A stretch of 64,000 nt of DNA from assembly GCA_030704615.1 (NCBI GenBank), contig CM060732.1:28582001-28646000 (forward strand), in the 5' to 3' direction. Shown here piece after piece: positions 1 through 11,827 of the stretch (positions are counted from its first letter, which is position 1; every line of letters starts with the position of its first letter). Made by a program: the position numbers and the translations under genes. The DNA comes from Takakia lepidozioides (Eukaryota; Plantae; Bryophyta). The notes below the pieces were generated by a model. The model did no database searches, was not told where the DNA came from, and was given only the letters and a program-made list of their open reading frames with translations.

Positions 1-430
1 TATATATATATATATATATATAACGAACGCGACGCTTGTTTTTATATATTTATAGATTTAAGCGACCGCCATATGACAGTCGTTTGTTTTTTTAATATTT
101 TCAAAATTAAGGCGTTCATATATATACGGTCGCTTGTCTATATATATATATATATATAACGACCGCCTTATGGCGGGGCCGCTTGTTTTTTTTATATTTT
201 TAAAATTATTCGACCTCCAATACGACGGTCGTTTTTTAAAAATAAAAAATAAAAAATAAAAAATTAGGTGACCGCCAATTTTTTTTAAAAAAAAATTAAG
301 CAACCGCCAATATAGCGGTCGCTTTTATTTTTTAAATTTCGAAATATAAAGCACCGCCAGAATTGGCGGTCGTTTTTATTTTATTATTTTTCAAAATATA
401 TTTGCCACCGCCACCGTGTGGGCGATGTGG
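1..430. repeat. AT-rich array of GCGACCGCC/GGCGGTCGC-type motifs in both orientations, probably the subterminal region of a DNA transposon (CACTA-like) extending off the window
   Basis: Motif variants (gcgaccgcc, acggtcgct, aacgaccgcc, gcggtcgct, ggcggtcgtt) recur between (TA)n and A/T tracts. No clear TIR was found. Confidence 0.4.
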
Positions 431-487
431 CTGCTTAAGTGACAACATTTTATCTAGTACTCTTTTTACGAGAACATTCTTGGAATC

Positions 488-3166
488 TGACGTGATGGAG
501 GTCCTGTCAGCGTCAGGTCTAACATGACCTGACTCTGACTGATGGATATGACGCTGATAACCGGGGTGACGAGCCCCTAGAGAGAAAAGATGAGGTAGGA
601 AAGCAACAATCCCCACAAGAGAGGTGAGCTTCTATCCCTTTCTCTAGGTTTTGGTAGTCCTCTTAGCCAAGTGAAGGCACCCTAGGATGGAGAGAGGGTT
701 TCTTGGTCTCTGTTCAAAGTTTTGCTTTGTTCTTTTGTGTTTTGTTGTTGAAAGTTCTTTGTACTAACCCTAGCTTGGTCCTACTAACAAGAGAGTAGTA
801 TGAGCTTGGGAAGGTGAGAAAACTTACTCTCCTTAGTGGCCAAGAGGCCCAAGGAGTTGTCATATTGTTCTTTGTTTTGCTTTTTGTCTTAAGAGTGGAA
901 AGATAATCCTACAGTGTTATCCATGCAGTGGAGTAGCTCTAAAATGGGTGGGGATTCTTGGCCACTGGGCCTTTTGTGTTGTTGAAGTTGATGAACCACT
1001 AACCCTTGACTTCCAAGACTAACCATGCAAGGGTTAACTTAGTTCAAGCTTGGAGTCAATATGAATGTTAGTTTTGTCATTTGAAGTTGAGAGGAGTGAA
1101 GCCTAGAGCAACTATGTCTAAACCTCATTTGTCCTCTCCACTAGACTTCATTTTCCTTCATGAAAGAGAGGGAAAACAAAGAAGGTTAGGGAGAATGATT
1201 TTTTTTTTGGCAAGTGTAATTTTTCTTTGTTCCAGGTCGCTGGAATTTTAAACACCTTCCCAACACAATTTTTCAGAGCTTGATTCTATTAAGTTTGGGC
1301 CCCCAATAGCCCATATAAAGCTTGGGGGACCTTATTCTTGAAGAAGCTAGTATATTTTTTGACTAACCCCAAAGGTTTTGGCATGTTATGGGGGATGGGT
1401 TGTTCTTTTTCAGGCATGATGGATTTAAGTGGGACATGGTGATGGGCCTTTATACCTAGGTCAATAGCCAGCTTTGGCTATTTGTGTGTAACTAAGCACG
1501 AACCACGAGAAGGTGGGGTGGGGTGGGGTGGGGTGGGGGGGGGGGGTGACTGGCGTCAGGCCTGCACGGCTGTAGGGCTGTGCAGCAAGCTTAAGAAGCG
1601 TGGGGGATTTCCAAATCCCGTTCGGATCCCCTGATTCCAGCTTTTACCTGTCGGTTTGGACAGCTGGAGTTGGTGCGGGACCCGCGCCAGCGCCAATAGC
1701 GCCGCGCCACCAGTGTGTGGCAGGCCCAACGTCCGCCGAAAAAAAAAACATCTTCATATTAACCACTGCTGGTCCCTGGTACGGGTATTTTAAGGGGGGT
1801 TTTCTCCCTATGCCTTTGATTTCTTGTGCACTACTCTTGGTGTTCTTCTTACATGGGAATGAATGCGTGTTTTAACAAAAGATAAGAAATGGTTGGTACC
1901 ATTGGATAGGCCCGCTTGAAGCCATCAGTTTGATATGTATCCCGGGGCTTGTGAAAGCACGACTCGCGGATGGATGCCATAGGCAGAGAGAGAGAGCCCA
2001 GAGACAGGGAGGAGAGAATCCTGGTAGGGGTTCCAGAAGGTAGAAGATGACATGTTCCAAATTTGTTCTAGGCTGGTTACTTGCATAAATTAATCAGATT
2101 ATATTGGGAGTAGGTGGAAGAGGCGCAGAGAATGGACCTTGGGACCCATTGAATGTTTAATCATTGTTTAGACACCAGGGTGGCAATCGGATGAAAAACT
2201 GATAGGAGGCGGATTTCATTCATCTTGGCCCGGTGATTGCTAAAGTTGTTTAATTGGGTTGGTATAGGAATTTAGGGGTGCTCCCAAGGTAGAGAGCGGT
2301 TCCCCAATGCTCCCAAAACAAGGGGCGTTCCCCAGGGCATTCCCATGGTGTCGTGAAGATAATTCGGGTAGTTCCAGGATCCTACGAGGGTTCTCTATTT
2401 CTACGGATTTCATGCATTTGTAGGAAGGTTTTAATTATTTGTTCTTTATTATTCAGCAGGGTAAATTCACCCTTAATAAAGGATTTTATCCGGGACCCCT
2501 TAACTTAAAAATGGAAGTCTTCTACCGATGATATTTGAAGGCAAATACTCGGCCGTTGGGAGGGGCCTTGGGCCAAGGAACGACCTTTGGTTTTATTAGA
2601 TCTCGGGAATTACCTAGAGGTTTGAATTGCTATCATTCACCTGATGGACTGACCATTGAGGTTGAAACTTTGGATCGCTCCAAGCAGGGGAGACTGACTT
2701 GGGAAAGCGAATCCCGTCCCTTCCTCAGAGGTAGGAAACTAATCCACCTCGAGATTTGGAGGGGGGGCAATTGGGCGGGAGATAGATGATCCCCATTTCC
2801 TTGGGCTAGGGATTCACTTTGTGAAGGAATTTGAAGGTTCGTCCCGGCTATAAGTGTGTTGGGAGTCCAGGCACGTAAGAAGTAGTAATAAACAAATACT
2901 TGGAAGGCAATTACGATTAAAGACGTAGAAAACCATAAACAAAACGTAGGACTAGGAAACGCAAATCGCCCTATGCAGTGGAGTTGTCAAGCTTTGCTTT
3001 GCCAGTAGGAAGTTAGAATGTGTTAGATCCATCCATAGCTGCCACGGACCCCTGCACTTACCACAGTCGGGTAGGCGGTTCGTTGAGCCCAACCTACACC
3101 GCAACTTACCACGACCCCCTAGGCTAGTATGCCTTCACCCTGGCCACTCACGACCAGGGCTCGTCA
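488..3166. mobile_element. Probable solo LTR (~2.7 kb)
   Basis: Inverted termini TGACG...CGTCA. Flanks GAATC (483-487) and GTATC (3167-3171) match at 4 of 5 positions. No credible ORF. Shares short motifs with the 25469-28256 segment, mostly in reverse orientation. Confidence 0.45.
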
Positions 3167-3186
3167 GTATCCGTCAATCAAACGAA

Positions 3187-4345
3187 CACTACAAGAAAAA
3201 GTGGGGGAGGGGAGTCGGGGGGGGGGGGGGGGGGGGGGGGGGGGGTGTGGGGGTGTTTAGCAACGCCTTTCCCGTGCGACGCCCCCGCCGCGTCCCCATC
3301 TTGCGACGCCCTGGGTGTCACAGACATACTGCCAAAATCCACGTTTTTGTGGATTTTGGCCGAGTCCTCCATTGCGACGCCTGCGGCGTCGCAATGGACA
3401 AAAATAAAAATAAAAACATCGCAACTAGGTCGGCCCCTAGTGCGACGCCCAGGGCGTTGGTTGCGAGGTTGCGACGCCTTTGCGATGCCCAGGACATCGC
3501 ATCAAGCACCCCAAGGGGGTACCAAAAAAAAAAAATCAAAAAAAAACAACGTCGCATTTGTAATGCGACGCCTTGGCCGTTGCATTTGAGTTTTTTTTTT
3601 GACAAGTCATTTTTAGCGACACTCTCGACATCGCTTTTGAATTTTTATTTATTTTTGGATAAGTCATTTGCAGCGACGCCCGAGGCGTCTCTAGAAATGA
3701 CTTGATCATTTTTTGGTTTTTGCAGTAGAGGGTGCAGGAAAAGCGACAGCTCTGGCGTCGCTTACATTCTAGCGACGCAAGGAGTATCGCTTTGAGGTCG
3801 CGACGAGCAACGCTCGCATGAACTACCTTATGTACAATTAAATCATGAGTTTGTGTGTAAGTTCGTTAACTGATATGTTAGTTAGTGTGAAGTGTCTTAC
3901 TATATGTATAATCTAGAGGTCTTGAGTTCAAATTTGTCCAACAATACGTTGAATGAACTAGGAACTCGATATATGTCGGCTACTTGCAAAAACATGTTCA
4001 AGGGTTAGGTTTGACACTACGTGGCAAGTGTGCGTCCTGCCATTTTTTGAATCATGTGCAATCCTGCATTTTTTTTAACCTTGTGGATCCCGCCATTTTT
4101 GAAAACTCAAAATTCAAAAAAACTTCAAGGCGTCGCTCCCAAATAGCAACCCCAAAGCGTTGCCTTTCAAAAGCGACGGGTTTTTTTTTTTTTGTTTTTT
4201 TTTTACCCTCCTGTATGGCTATAGCGACGCCTAGGGCGTCGCAAGTGGGAATTTTCAGGTGGGTTGGATCTGCGCCCCCCCCTGGCGTCGCCTTAAGTCC
4301 GAAATTTGCGACGCCCCCACATCGACGCATCTGCGACGCCTGATT
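3187..4345 (+). mobile_element. CACTA/En-Spm-type element end with subterminal repeats; right TIR not found
   Basis: Starts CACTACAAGAAAA, the canonical En/Spm 13-bp TIR. Many GCGACGCC/GGCGTCGC repeats follow in both orientations (about 3277-3790 and 4129-4341). Confidence 0.65.
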
Positions 4346-5429
4346 TGCGATTTCCGCAGGACCGGTAATACGCGATTATCGGGCGTGGATAACCCCTCCC
4401 CCAAAAAAAAGAAAACGGTGTAATGGAATGGAGTAGTGAATAGCAGTAAAATAGTTAAATTAATACCTTTGCAGGTTTAACCATCCGCTTCATAGAGGAG
4501 TTGACAATGGAGGCATGGGAATGTTGAAGGGACAAAAGCACCCCGGATGCAGTTCATTCATCGTCGCAGACCAACACCACCTGACTTCTCTGAATTTGGG
4601 GTGTCCAGCCTTCGTGATTCGGCGACATGCTTGGAATAACACCATGATGAGGAGGTAAGTCCGCGACCGTGTCGTATTTTGGAACTTGAAATGAGGAAGG
4701 GACATGAAGTGGCCCCATGTTGACAGTTGCGGGGAGGGAGCAGTTCGATTCCAAAGATGAATACTGATGAATGTGGGAGTCAGTATCTTCATCATTACCC
4801 TCAACGTTCCTGACCCTGAGAATTCATCATCCTTACTAATGGTGGAGGTAGCAATTGACGTGTGGAAATACTCTCGGAGACCATCACAGGCCGAGGCTCA
4901 ATAACTAGAATTGAGGTTTGACATGACAAGTTGTTGTCAGCACTGTTGGAACCATGTGGCCTGATCGTGTCCAAATAATCAACAATAACAGACGAACATG
5001 TTACTACGACAGGAGCTGCATTGCTGACGAGGGCATCAAATGGACATGTGAAAACCTGCAAGTAACATTTTCGTTATCAATGTGACGACATACATTTGCA
5101 ACGTTGCATGACCACTCGAGGTTCCGAATAGCAATTCGACAGACATAGACGACACAGCCCAATGGAGCATATTGGAAATCGGCCTTCGGGGCCAGAAAAT
5201 AGTGTTTCAATCAATGCAATAAATGATTGAAGAAACGACAGTAAGTCCAATGAAGTGATTGTAATTATTAAATAGTAAACTGAGACAATTGTCAGTGACG
5301 ATTATTTACTTATCATTTACTCGCAAATCACGATATTCTGAATTGTCAATGTAGTCAGGAATAGGCCCATATTTTGGATCCTGAACATTGTACGGTGCAT
5401 AGCCTATCCTCTTTGAACTAAAAAAGATG

Positions 5430-5990
5430 GACACGTCTGGAAACTTCATGAAGCCAAGCAAAAAGGTCTTAAGTTTCAGAAGGAAGAAATCGTCGTTGTC
5501 AATGTTGTCAAAAGTCTTGATCTAAGCAGACATGATTTAGGAGGGTTCAACAAGACTTCAATGGCGTATCATCAATCAGCAGAGTATTACTTTAATTGTA
5601 CTTCCCGTCAAAACCCTGCCAAACTTTTAAACGACTTCAGGAACAAAGGAGGTTGTTCATGCCCCGGTTGGAAATTCGGGTGTAGATTGCTTGGGCAAGA
5701 GATACAATCTTCTTGCGACATGATGAACTCTGGCCGTGGAAGACCACGAAGGAGAAAATCCAAAACGGGCACTAAGTTCTTAGTCATCATGCACCTCCAG
5801 ATAGCTAGAGTGAAATGCTTGTGTAAAACTTGCCAAAGTTCCCGGTACATCTCCCATCTATATATTAGCCGATACCCAACCAAAGCTGGAATTCTGTAAT
5901 CAGATTCTGAGAATTGTGGAACAACACCTGTTTTTTGGCGCTTCACGATTTTGCAGAACACTCCATATTTCACGTCAAAAATTATCAAGC
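5430..5990 (-). pseudogene. Degenerate FCP1/NIF-homology (HAD-like) domain, copy 1
   Basis: ORF 5608-5988 reads IIFDVKYG...FTLAIWRC...FIMSQEDC...PLFLK. It continues past frameshifts and stops into SNTLLIDDTPLK..LNPP..DDFFL, the FCP1-family C-terminal motif. Confidence 0.6.
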
Positions 5991-6137
5991 GGGGTCCATT
6001 TGCGGGTGGAGATCCAGGCTGTCAGATCTGTGAAGGAGTGGTAAAGACAATTAAGTAAATAGGAAACAAAATAAAGATGACACGAGAAACACCCATTTAC
6101 ACATAAGTAACTCAAAGACCTCCCATGCTCGCATCTT

Positions 6138-6362
6138 TCAGTTATTTTGTCTCTGAATTCCAAGTTCAACGGCATGGGCTAGCAAGACCTTGAGATATTC
6201 TTCATTTTCATCTCGGTTTCTCGGCCGCGGATAGTCATGGCGTCTAAAGAATTTAACTGCAGGATCTTGGTAGAAGGTATCTTTTGGACTACCAACAGGA
6301 TTTAGTTCATTGAATAGCCATGTATCAATCTTTGATCGCCTCAACATCTCAAGGTGAGGCTT
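6138..6362 (-). pseudogene. C-terminal part of FCP1-like domain copy 2, split by the Gypsy insertion
   Basis: Removing 6363-22735 restores an in-frame DDFLMGHLKPHLEMLRRS across the GGCTT target site. Confidence 0.6.
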
Positions 6363-7235
6363 TGTCGAGCGGCTTTTACTCACCCATCCCTTCGCTATCC
6401 GAGGTGGAAAATCCAAGATAGAAGAGTTGGATATCTCTAAGCATTGAACAATCAGTCGTGACCTGCAGCTAGTGAATCATGGTTGTGCTTCCTATTTGTA
6501 TTCCTTCTTGCCTTCATGTTATCAATTTACCTTACCGTGTATACTGAAGCATCAGATTGCTTCAGTATCTATTAAGTTCCAGTTAATCATGCATTCATTC
6601 CACAGCTTCACTCATGTCACTCTACACAGTGTGTTTGTATCGAATAAGTATCAGATTATGATTTATCAGGTATCAGGCCAATGCCATGGTGACTCTAATC
6701 TGCCCTACCGTATCACTACAACTCTGCAGGTAATCAGCATCTACTGTTCATCTTTCCTCCTTCTTGCTCCCCGCCTGATCTCCTCTTCTGCATGACCCAG
6801 AAGCGCTCCCCGTGAAGTGTGTCCCCTTCTTTCCGTTGCCGCTCTCCTTATCTGCCTGCAAGCTGTTCTAACCACCTAACTAATTAACCGTCATCCCTGA
6901 AGTAACACGTTTCTTCTGCAGATGTCGTTCCCTCACAGTCGTTCTCTGTCAATGATAACTGTTCTTCATGTACTGTGACAGGCTGTGTCAAGCTGTGCCG
7001 AGCTATGACTGGCTGTGTAAGGCTATGTCGGCTGTGACTGGCTGTGACGGACTGTGCGAAGCTGTGGCGGCTGTGACTGGCTGTGACGGGCTGTGCGAAG
7101 CTGTGGCGGGTTGTGTAACCCCCCTAAAGCCTGCTGCTGCCACCCCTAAGGCTCCTGTTGGTCTCAGTCTGCGCAAAAATTAAGGGTACCCCACAGAACC
7201 CGTAAAAGCGTCTAAGTCCAAGCAGCCCTCTAACA
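6363..7235 (-). repeat. 3' LTR (873 bp)
   Basis: TGTCGAGC...CTCTAACA, matching 18387-18768 plus 22152-22730. Confidence 0.95.
6972..7117. repeat. ~10-bp GCTGTGnnnn tandem array in the 3' LTR
   Basis: About 15 units, with a 39-bp higher-order unit gctgtgactg-gctgtgacgg-gctgtgcgaa-gctgtggcg. Confidence 0.9.
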
Positions 7236-7253
7236 TTTACCCCTCCCCCTCTC
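7236..7253 (-). other. Polypurine tract (PPT)
   Basis: Minus strand GAGAGGGGGAGGGGTAAA lies immediately before the 3' LTR. Confidence 0.85.
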
Positions 7254-7274
7254 AAAAAGCCGTGTCCTCACGGT

Positions 7275-10200
7275 TTACTGTTTGGGATTAGCAAACCTTT
7301 GTGAGCGAGCATCCTTCCGACGGTGAGAGTCTCGTGAAGGACTCCGTGTGCGAGCCCGAATCCTGTCACTGGTTGACGGAGATGATTGAGCACTACCTGG
7401 AAATGTCTGACCCTCCTTTGGCTGATAACGAGGTAACCTCTCAGGCATAGGAGATCCCCGTCGTTTCTTCTCTGCCATCTGAAGTGCATAGTCCTCTGCC
7501 ATGTCAAAAGAGTCCGCTGAAGAAACAGTAGTATCAGAATCCTCGTCGCCCCTCAAGGTGTTTTAACGGCCGAACTTTAAGTGGAATCCTGTGTGGCATA
7601 CAATGTTGTCCAACCATATCTGGAAGTTTAAATTGTACAACTTGTTGTAAGCGCTGGCATGCAAAATTAGTGAACGTTCTGAACTCCTTATCTGTATAGG
7701 TAAGAGGTGTGCCAATGACTTGGGAACAGTGCAAGTATTTCCATGCCTCATGTCCCTTAAAGAAAATATCCTCAGGGCCGAATTTCTGTGTTGTCAAATT
7801 GTTCCAAGCCGAATGAAACCATGAACGAAGTTGGGAATCCTTCTGCATCATAACTTTTGCATCATATAGGTACATATGAGGTGGCACTGAAGGTAAGACC
7901 CAATGATCCCCACTGGAATAACTCAGAAATCGCGATTGCATCTTCTGCTGCTCAATGTGATAACGTGCCAGAAAACAAGCAGCATAGTATAATCCACAGC
8001 CCATGACAATACTTGATACCTCCTTGGTTTTGGTATAAATGTACCCATGTACAACTTGGAAGGCAATTAATTCCTTCAACATGGTACCTGCTTCAGACCA
8101 GTACCTCGCAAAGTGATGATCCTCAATGGGTCGATTGTTCGGAAGAACCTTAGTCCTAGTCGCCACTGGCAGCCAAATGCGCATGATCTGGTAGTAATGA
8201 GCCAACGACTGTGGCGGACTAAATTCCTTCCAAGCCAAATCCAACACAATGGGAATTTGGTTGAAGGGCATAATCATAGCCCGACTGTACTCTCGTGCAG
8301 CAGGAGTCTTAGGTGGGTTAAAAGCAGCATCCCCCCATACCTCAGGCTGTGGTGTGGCTGTAGTAACAACAGGGTCAGCTACCTGCACAGTCACTTGCTG
8401 TGGTATTGGTACCACTGGCCCTTCTACCACTGGCATCTCCTGCACCCCTTGCGAAGAAGACTGAAAAATTAGAGTTCTGGCATGTAAATAAGTAGCCATC
8501 AGCTGCTCCTCAGGTACAAAGACTCTCTTGTCAATATTTGAACTCAGGTCATCCACCTGAGTCTGCAGGCCTTCTACATCCTCCTGTAGCTCCGCTATTC
8601 TACTATAGACATTGTCTATAGTAGTTGTGGCAATGTTTGCACCTGCAGTCTGAGCTCATTCATCTCGCCCTGGGTGAGCTTCCGTGGTGCTTTGCTTTCC
8701 ACCGGCCCTTGTGCTAACCAGACCTGCATAAGGTGGTTATCCACCAAGTCGTGTGTGGCACCCCTGAGAGTCTGCTCCTCTGTGAGCCTGTACACATCTA
8801 ACTGCTGCTGTAAAGCCTCCATGCGCTTCGCATGAGGTTCAACCAAACTCGCATAGGCAGCAGCCAGATTATTGGCTTCCTTCCAAGCCTTGTTAGCCAC
8901 AGAGAGTTCATTTCTATTTACCATGACTGTTTGTTGCAACTCCAGGATGTACCTCTCTTGGTCAGCCTCAACCTGTCTGTATTGCTTGAAAGTATTCTCA
9001 TTGCGACAGATTGTATTCTTCATATCAACAATGAGTTTCGTCTGCTCGATTATCTCTGCCTCTGCCTTCATACATCTCTCCCCTTGTCTGTTAACTTCTA
9101 ATGCAGTTTGCTCAAGAGTAGTTGTGAGTGTAGCACATTGTATGGTCATCCTCTCATGTACTGCCTGCAACTCTGTATGTAGTGCATTCACTTCTTGCAA
9201 CTTGCCCTCATGCTTCACCTGCATTTGGTATAACTGTTGTTTATGTGCTTCGTGCAACTGGTCCTGCGCGAGGCCTGCTTCAATCAAATGTCCCTTGGCC
9301 AACTGCAAAGCAGCCTTTGTGTCCTCTAACTCTTGCTGTAACTTGAGATTGACCTCCTCATCGACCTTGTTTGCACACTCAGTGGCAAGTCGAGCCTCAA
9401 ACTCCTTCCTGAGTTCCTCCCTCAAAGCTGCCAATTGGGTAGATGGAACATGGGATTTCACATAAGTGCCCAACAAATTAAGTGTTCTGCTTATGGAACT
9501 CATAAGCATGGCCTGCTGAGGGTCATCATGGTGAGCTTGCTGCTGTTCTCCCTGATCCTCAACAGTGTGATGCCTCACCAACCATTCAGGCCATTGCCCC
9601 ACCAGATTTTCTTCCTGAACCACCTCATCCGCCACAGGTGCTGCAGTGTCCTGATATTCTACCCTGGTACCTCCATCACAGGTGTGGGTATTACATGCAC
9701 AGCAGGGTTTTCCCTGGACAACCGCTGCACCTCTGGAACACTGATTCCCTTACCAAGCCAGAGTTTTCATAGAGAAGGTCACCCTTCTCAATTTCGGCCA
9801 CGACCTGCTCTGTAGTGGGAATGTCCAACCTTTCTCCTTCCAGAGCAATTGGGGGTGATGTCACAGCATGTACTAACTGTGGAACCTCTAAAACAACTGA
9901 GTCAATTGGTTGTGGTGGCTGTGGTATCGAAGTGACTTCCTCTTCCCTCTCCGAAGGCCGTGCTTCCAATAATAACAGCTCTCTGTGCTGCTGTGCCCCA
10001 TCCTGCACAAGAGCTTGGGAAACATCATCGTGCGGTTTCCGTGAAGCCAGTGGATCCGCCACTACAGTCATACCCCGCCTCTGTCTCTTAGACTGGTGTT
10101 GCCCTGCCAGTCCACCCTCACTATGTGAAGAGCCCTGCTCTTCAATTGCAGTGGTTTCTGCCTCAAACACTCCCATCTCCTTACGTTCCCGAGTATCAAG

Positions 10201-10821
10201 TATGCAAGAATCAAGAATTATTTGGGCAATGACTGGACCAGACACAATGATCGGAGACTTAGCAGCAGTGCCCTGTAACCTCTTCATCTCGTCCACCAGT
10301 CCATTGTACATTAACTCCGCCCAAGCGACATCCTCTCCCCTCAAAGCTTTCAGGATCTCCTCTGTGAATGACCTGCTCAAATACTGTTGGTTCTGTTTCA
10401 TGGCAAACAGAACGTTCAATATTTGGCCAACTTCCCTAAGCCCTGGGTACTCGGCTTTGGTACAAGCGTAACCTTGAGTTTTAAAGAAACTCCCTTCTTG
10501 GAACAAATTCCCTATCTGCAATCTTGCCCTGTGCTCATCCACATCCACATGTCCTGATGGCAAATCAAACAATTGCTGCAGGTACTGGGGAGTAATTTCT
10601 ATATCTACTCCCCTCACCTGAGTAACTCCCGTCCGAGGCTCAAAGTTCTGAAGAAATTGTATCATGAACTGCCGATGATGCAAGGACCAGTCCTTGCGTA
10701 GCAGCCCCTCCAATCGCAACTCCCTTAGCAGCTGTACTGCCTGCGGTGCTGCAATTGTTTGCTTCTGCAGTATCGTGGTGCTCTTCACCCTGATATCCTC
10801 CATTCCCCTCACTCTCTTCAT
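7275..10821 (-). pseudogene. Large extra 3' ORF of the retrotransposon (about 1,180 codons if frameshifts are repaired): plant-transposon-protein-like N-terminus, coiled-coil middle, RS-rich tail
   Basis: Consecutive frames 9691-10821 (QFLQNF...VRGVDIEITPQYLQQLFDLP), 8616-9635 (heptad-rich), 7534-8556 and 7275-7556 abut or overlap with single frameshifts. No obvious transmembrane segment. Confidence 0.65.
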
Positions 10822-11590
10822 TCTAGACAAACAAAAAGGCTTTGTTTGAAACAGCTGAAGGAAAGCTTGCAGGGCACAGAGCATGAAGGTATGGTTGGCA
10901 CAGAATGGAACAGGTAAGTGCGTGTAAGCCTGTGGGGCTTGCAAGTAACGAGTGAGAGAAAATATACTCTCAATGCGTCCGTCCTTGCGCCACTGCGTGA
11001 GAAGTAAAGCGAGTGTGTAATTGGTTACATCTGCCATAGCTACCAGGCTAGTGCTTTGATTGCCCCTTTCGTCGAGAGCTTGGCTATTCAGAGCCACTCC
11101 GACTCTTCCGCTCATAACACTTCCTATTTCTTGTTCTTGTTTCTTGGAGGGAACCACCTGCATGTAATTCTCACTCCTGATTGGCTGTGGACTGCTTAGA
11201 TAATTCCTTAATTCCACCCCCCTCCATGGACATTTCCACCTGGAATGTCCAGTAGGACAGCACATGTGGCATAGGTTTCCCTTTTCTGAACTCGAAAAGG
11301 GTTCCGTTACCCTGGCACTGAATGCATTAATGGGCCCACAATTAGTATTAGTTGCTGTACGGGGTAGGTACTTTGACGGCCCGATTTGTCTTCTTGCATG
11401 ATGAAACTCACTTTTGCAATCGATGCAGCGTGGTGTGCTTCGCCTTAGCGGCCACGTGTCCATTTCTAAACATGCCCCCGACTTCCCCTCTCCGCGTGAC
11501 ACATTTTCCAAGTTTGACTTCCAAACTTTTTCTTCACTTGATGGCCACTTTTCTAATGTTAATTCGCGTCCACAGGTCACGGACCCTATG

Positions 11591-11701
11591 GACTGTGTAA
11601 TCTGTATGGGCTGTGTTGGGCTGTGACAGGTTGTGTGGCACTGTGGTGGACTGTGATAGGCTGTGTCACGTTGTGATGGGCTGTGATAGGCTGTGTCACG
11701 C
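11591..11701. repeat. Internal copy of the 10-bp CTGTG array just downstream of integrase
   Basis: ctgtgttggg ctgtgacagg ttgtgtggca ctgtggtgga ctgtgatagg ctgtgtcacg, the same periodicity as the LTR array. Confidence 0.8.
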
Positions 11702-11827
11702 TTGTACTGCCCGCCCTGGTCATATACGCTCGGCTTAGCGACAAGTGCTCCATACTCCGTTGGTATCACTGGCGCAGCCCGTGACTGTTTTTGCGTTTCA
11801 ACATGCAAATCGTGCTGCAATGGTTTG

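Noticed and set aside
3178-3705. Poly-Pro and basic ORFs
   Set aside because: Artefacts of the poly-G tract and CACTA subterminal repeats.
4431-4441. GTAGTG as the right end of the 3187 CACTA
   Set aside because: The remainder of the TIR does not match, and the flank AAT differs from the left flank GAA.
6972-7117. Possible CRISPR-like array
   Set aside because: Simple 10-bp tandem units with no unique spacers, in a eukaryotic LTR with no cas genes.
6968-7183. Cys-rich ORFs (also 22384-22677) resembling metallothionein
   Set aside because: They are translations of the 10-bp LTR tandem repeat.
8872-10471. Long plus-strand ORFs (197 and 218 aa)
   Set aside because: Antisense shadows of the retrotransposon extra ORF.
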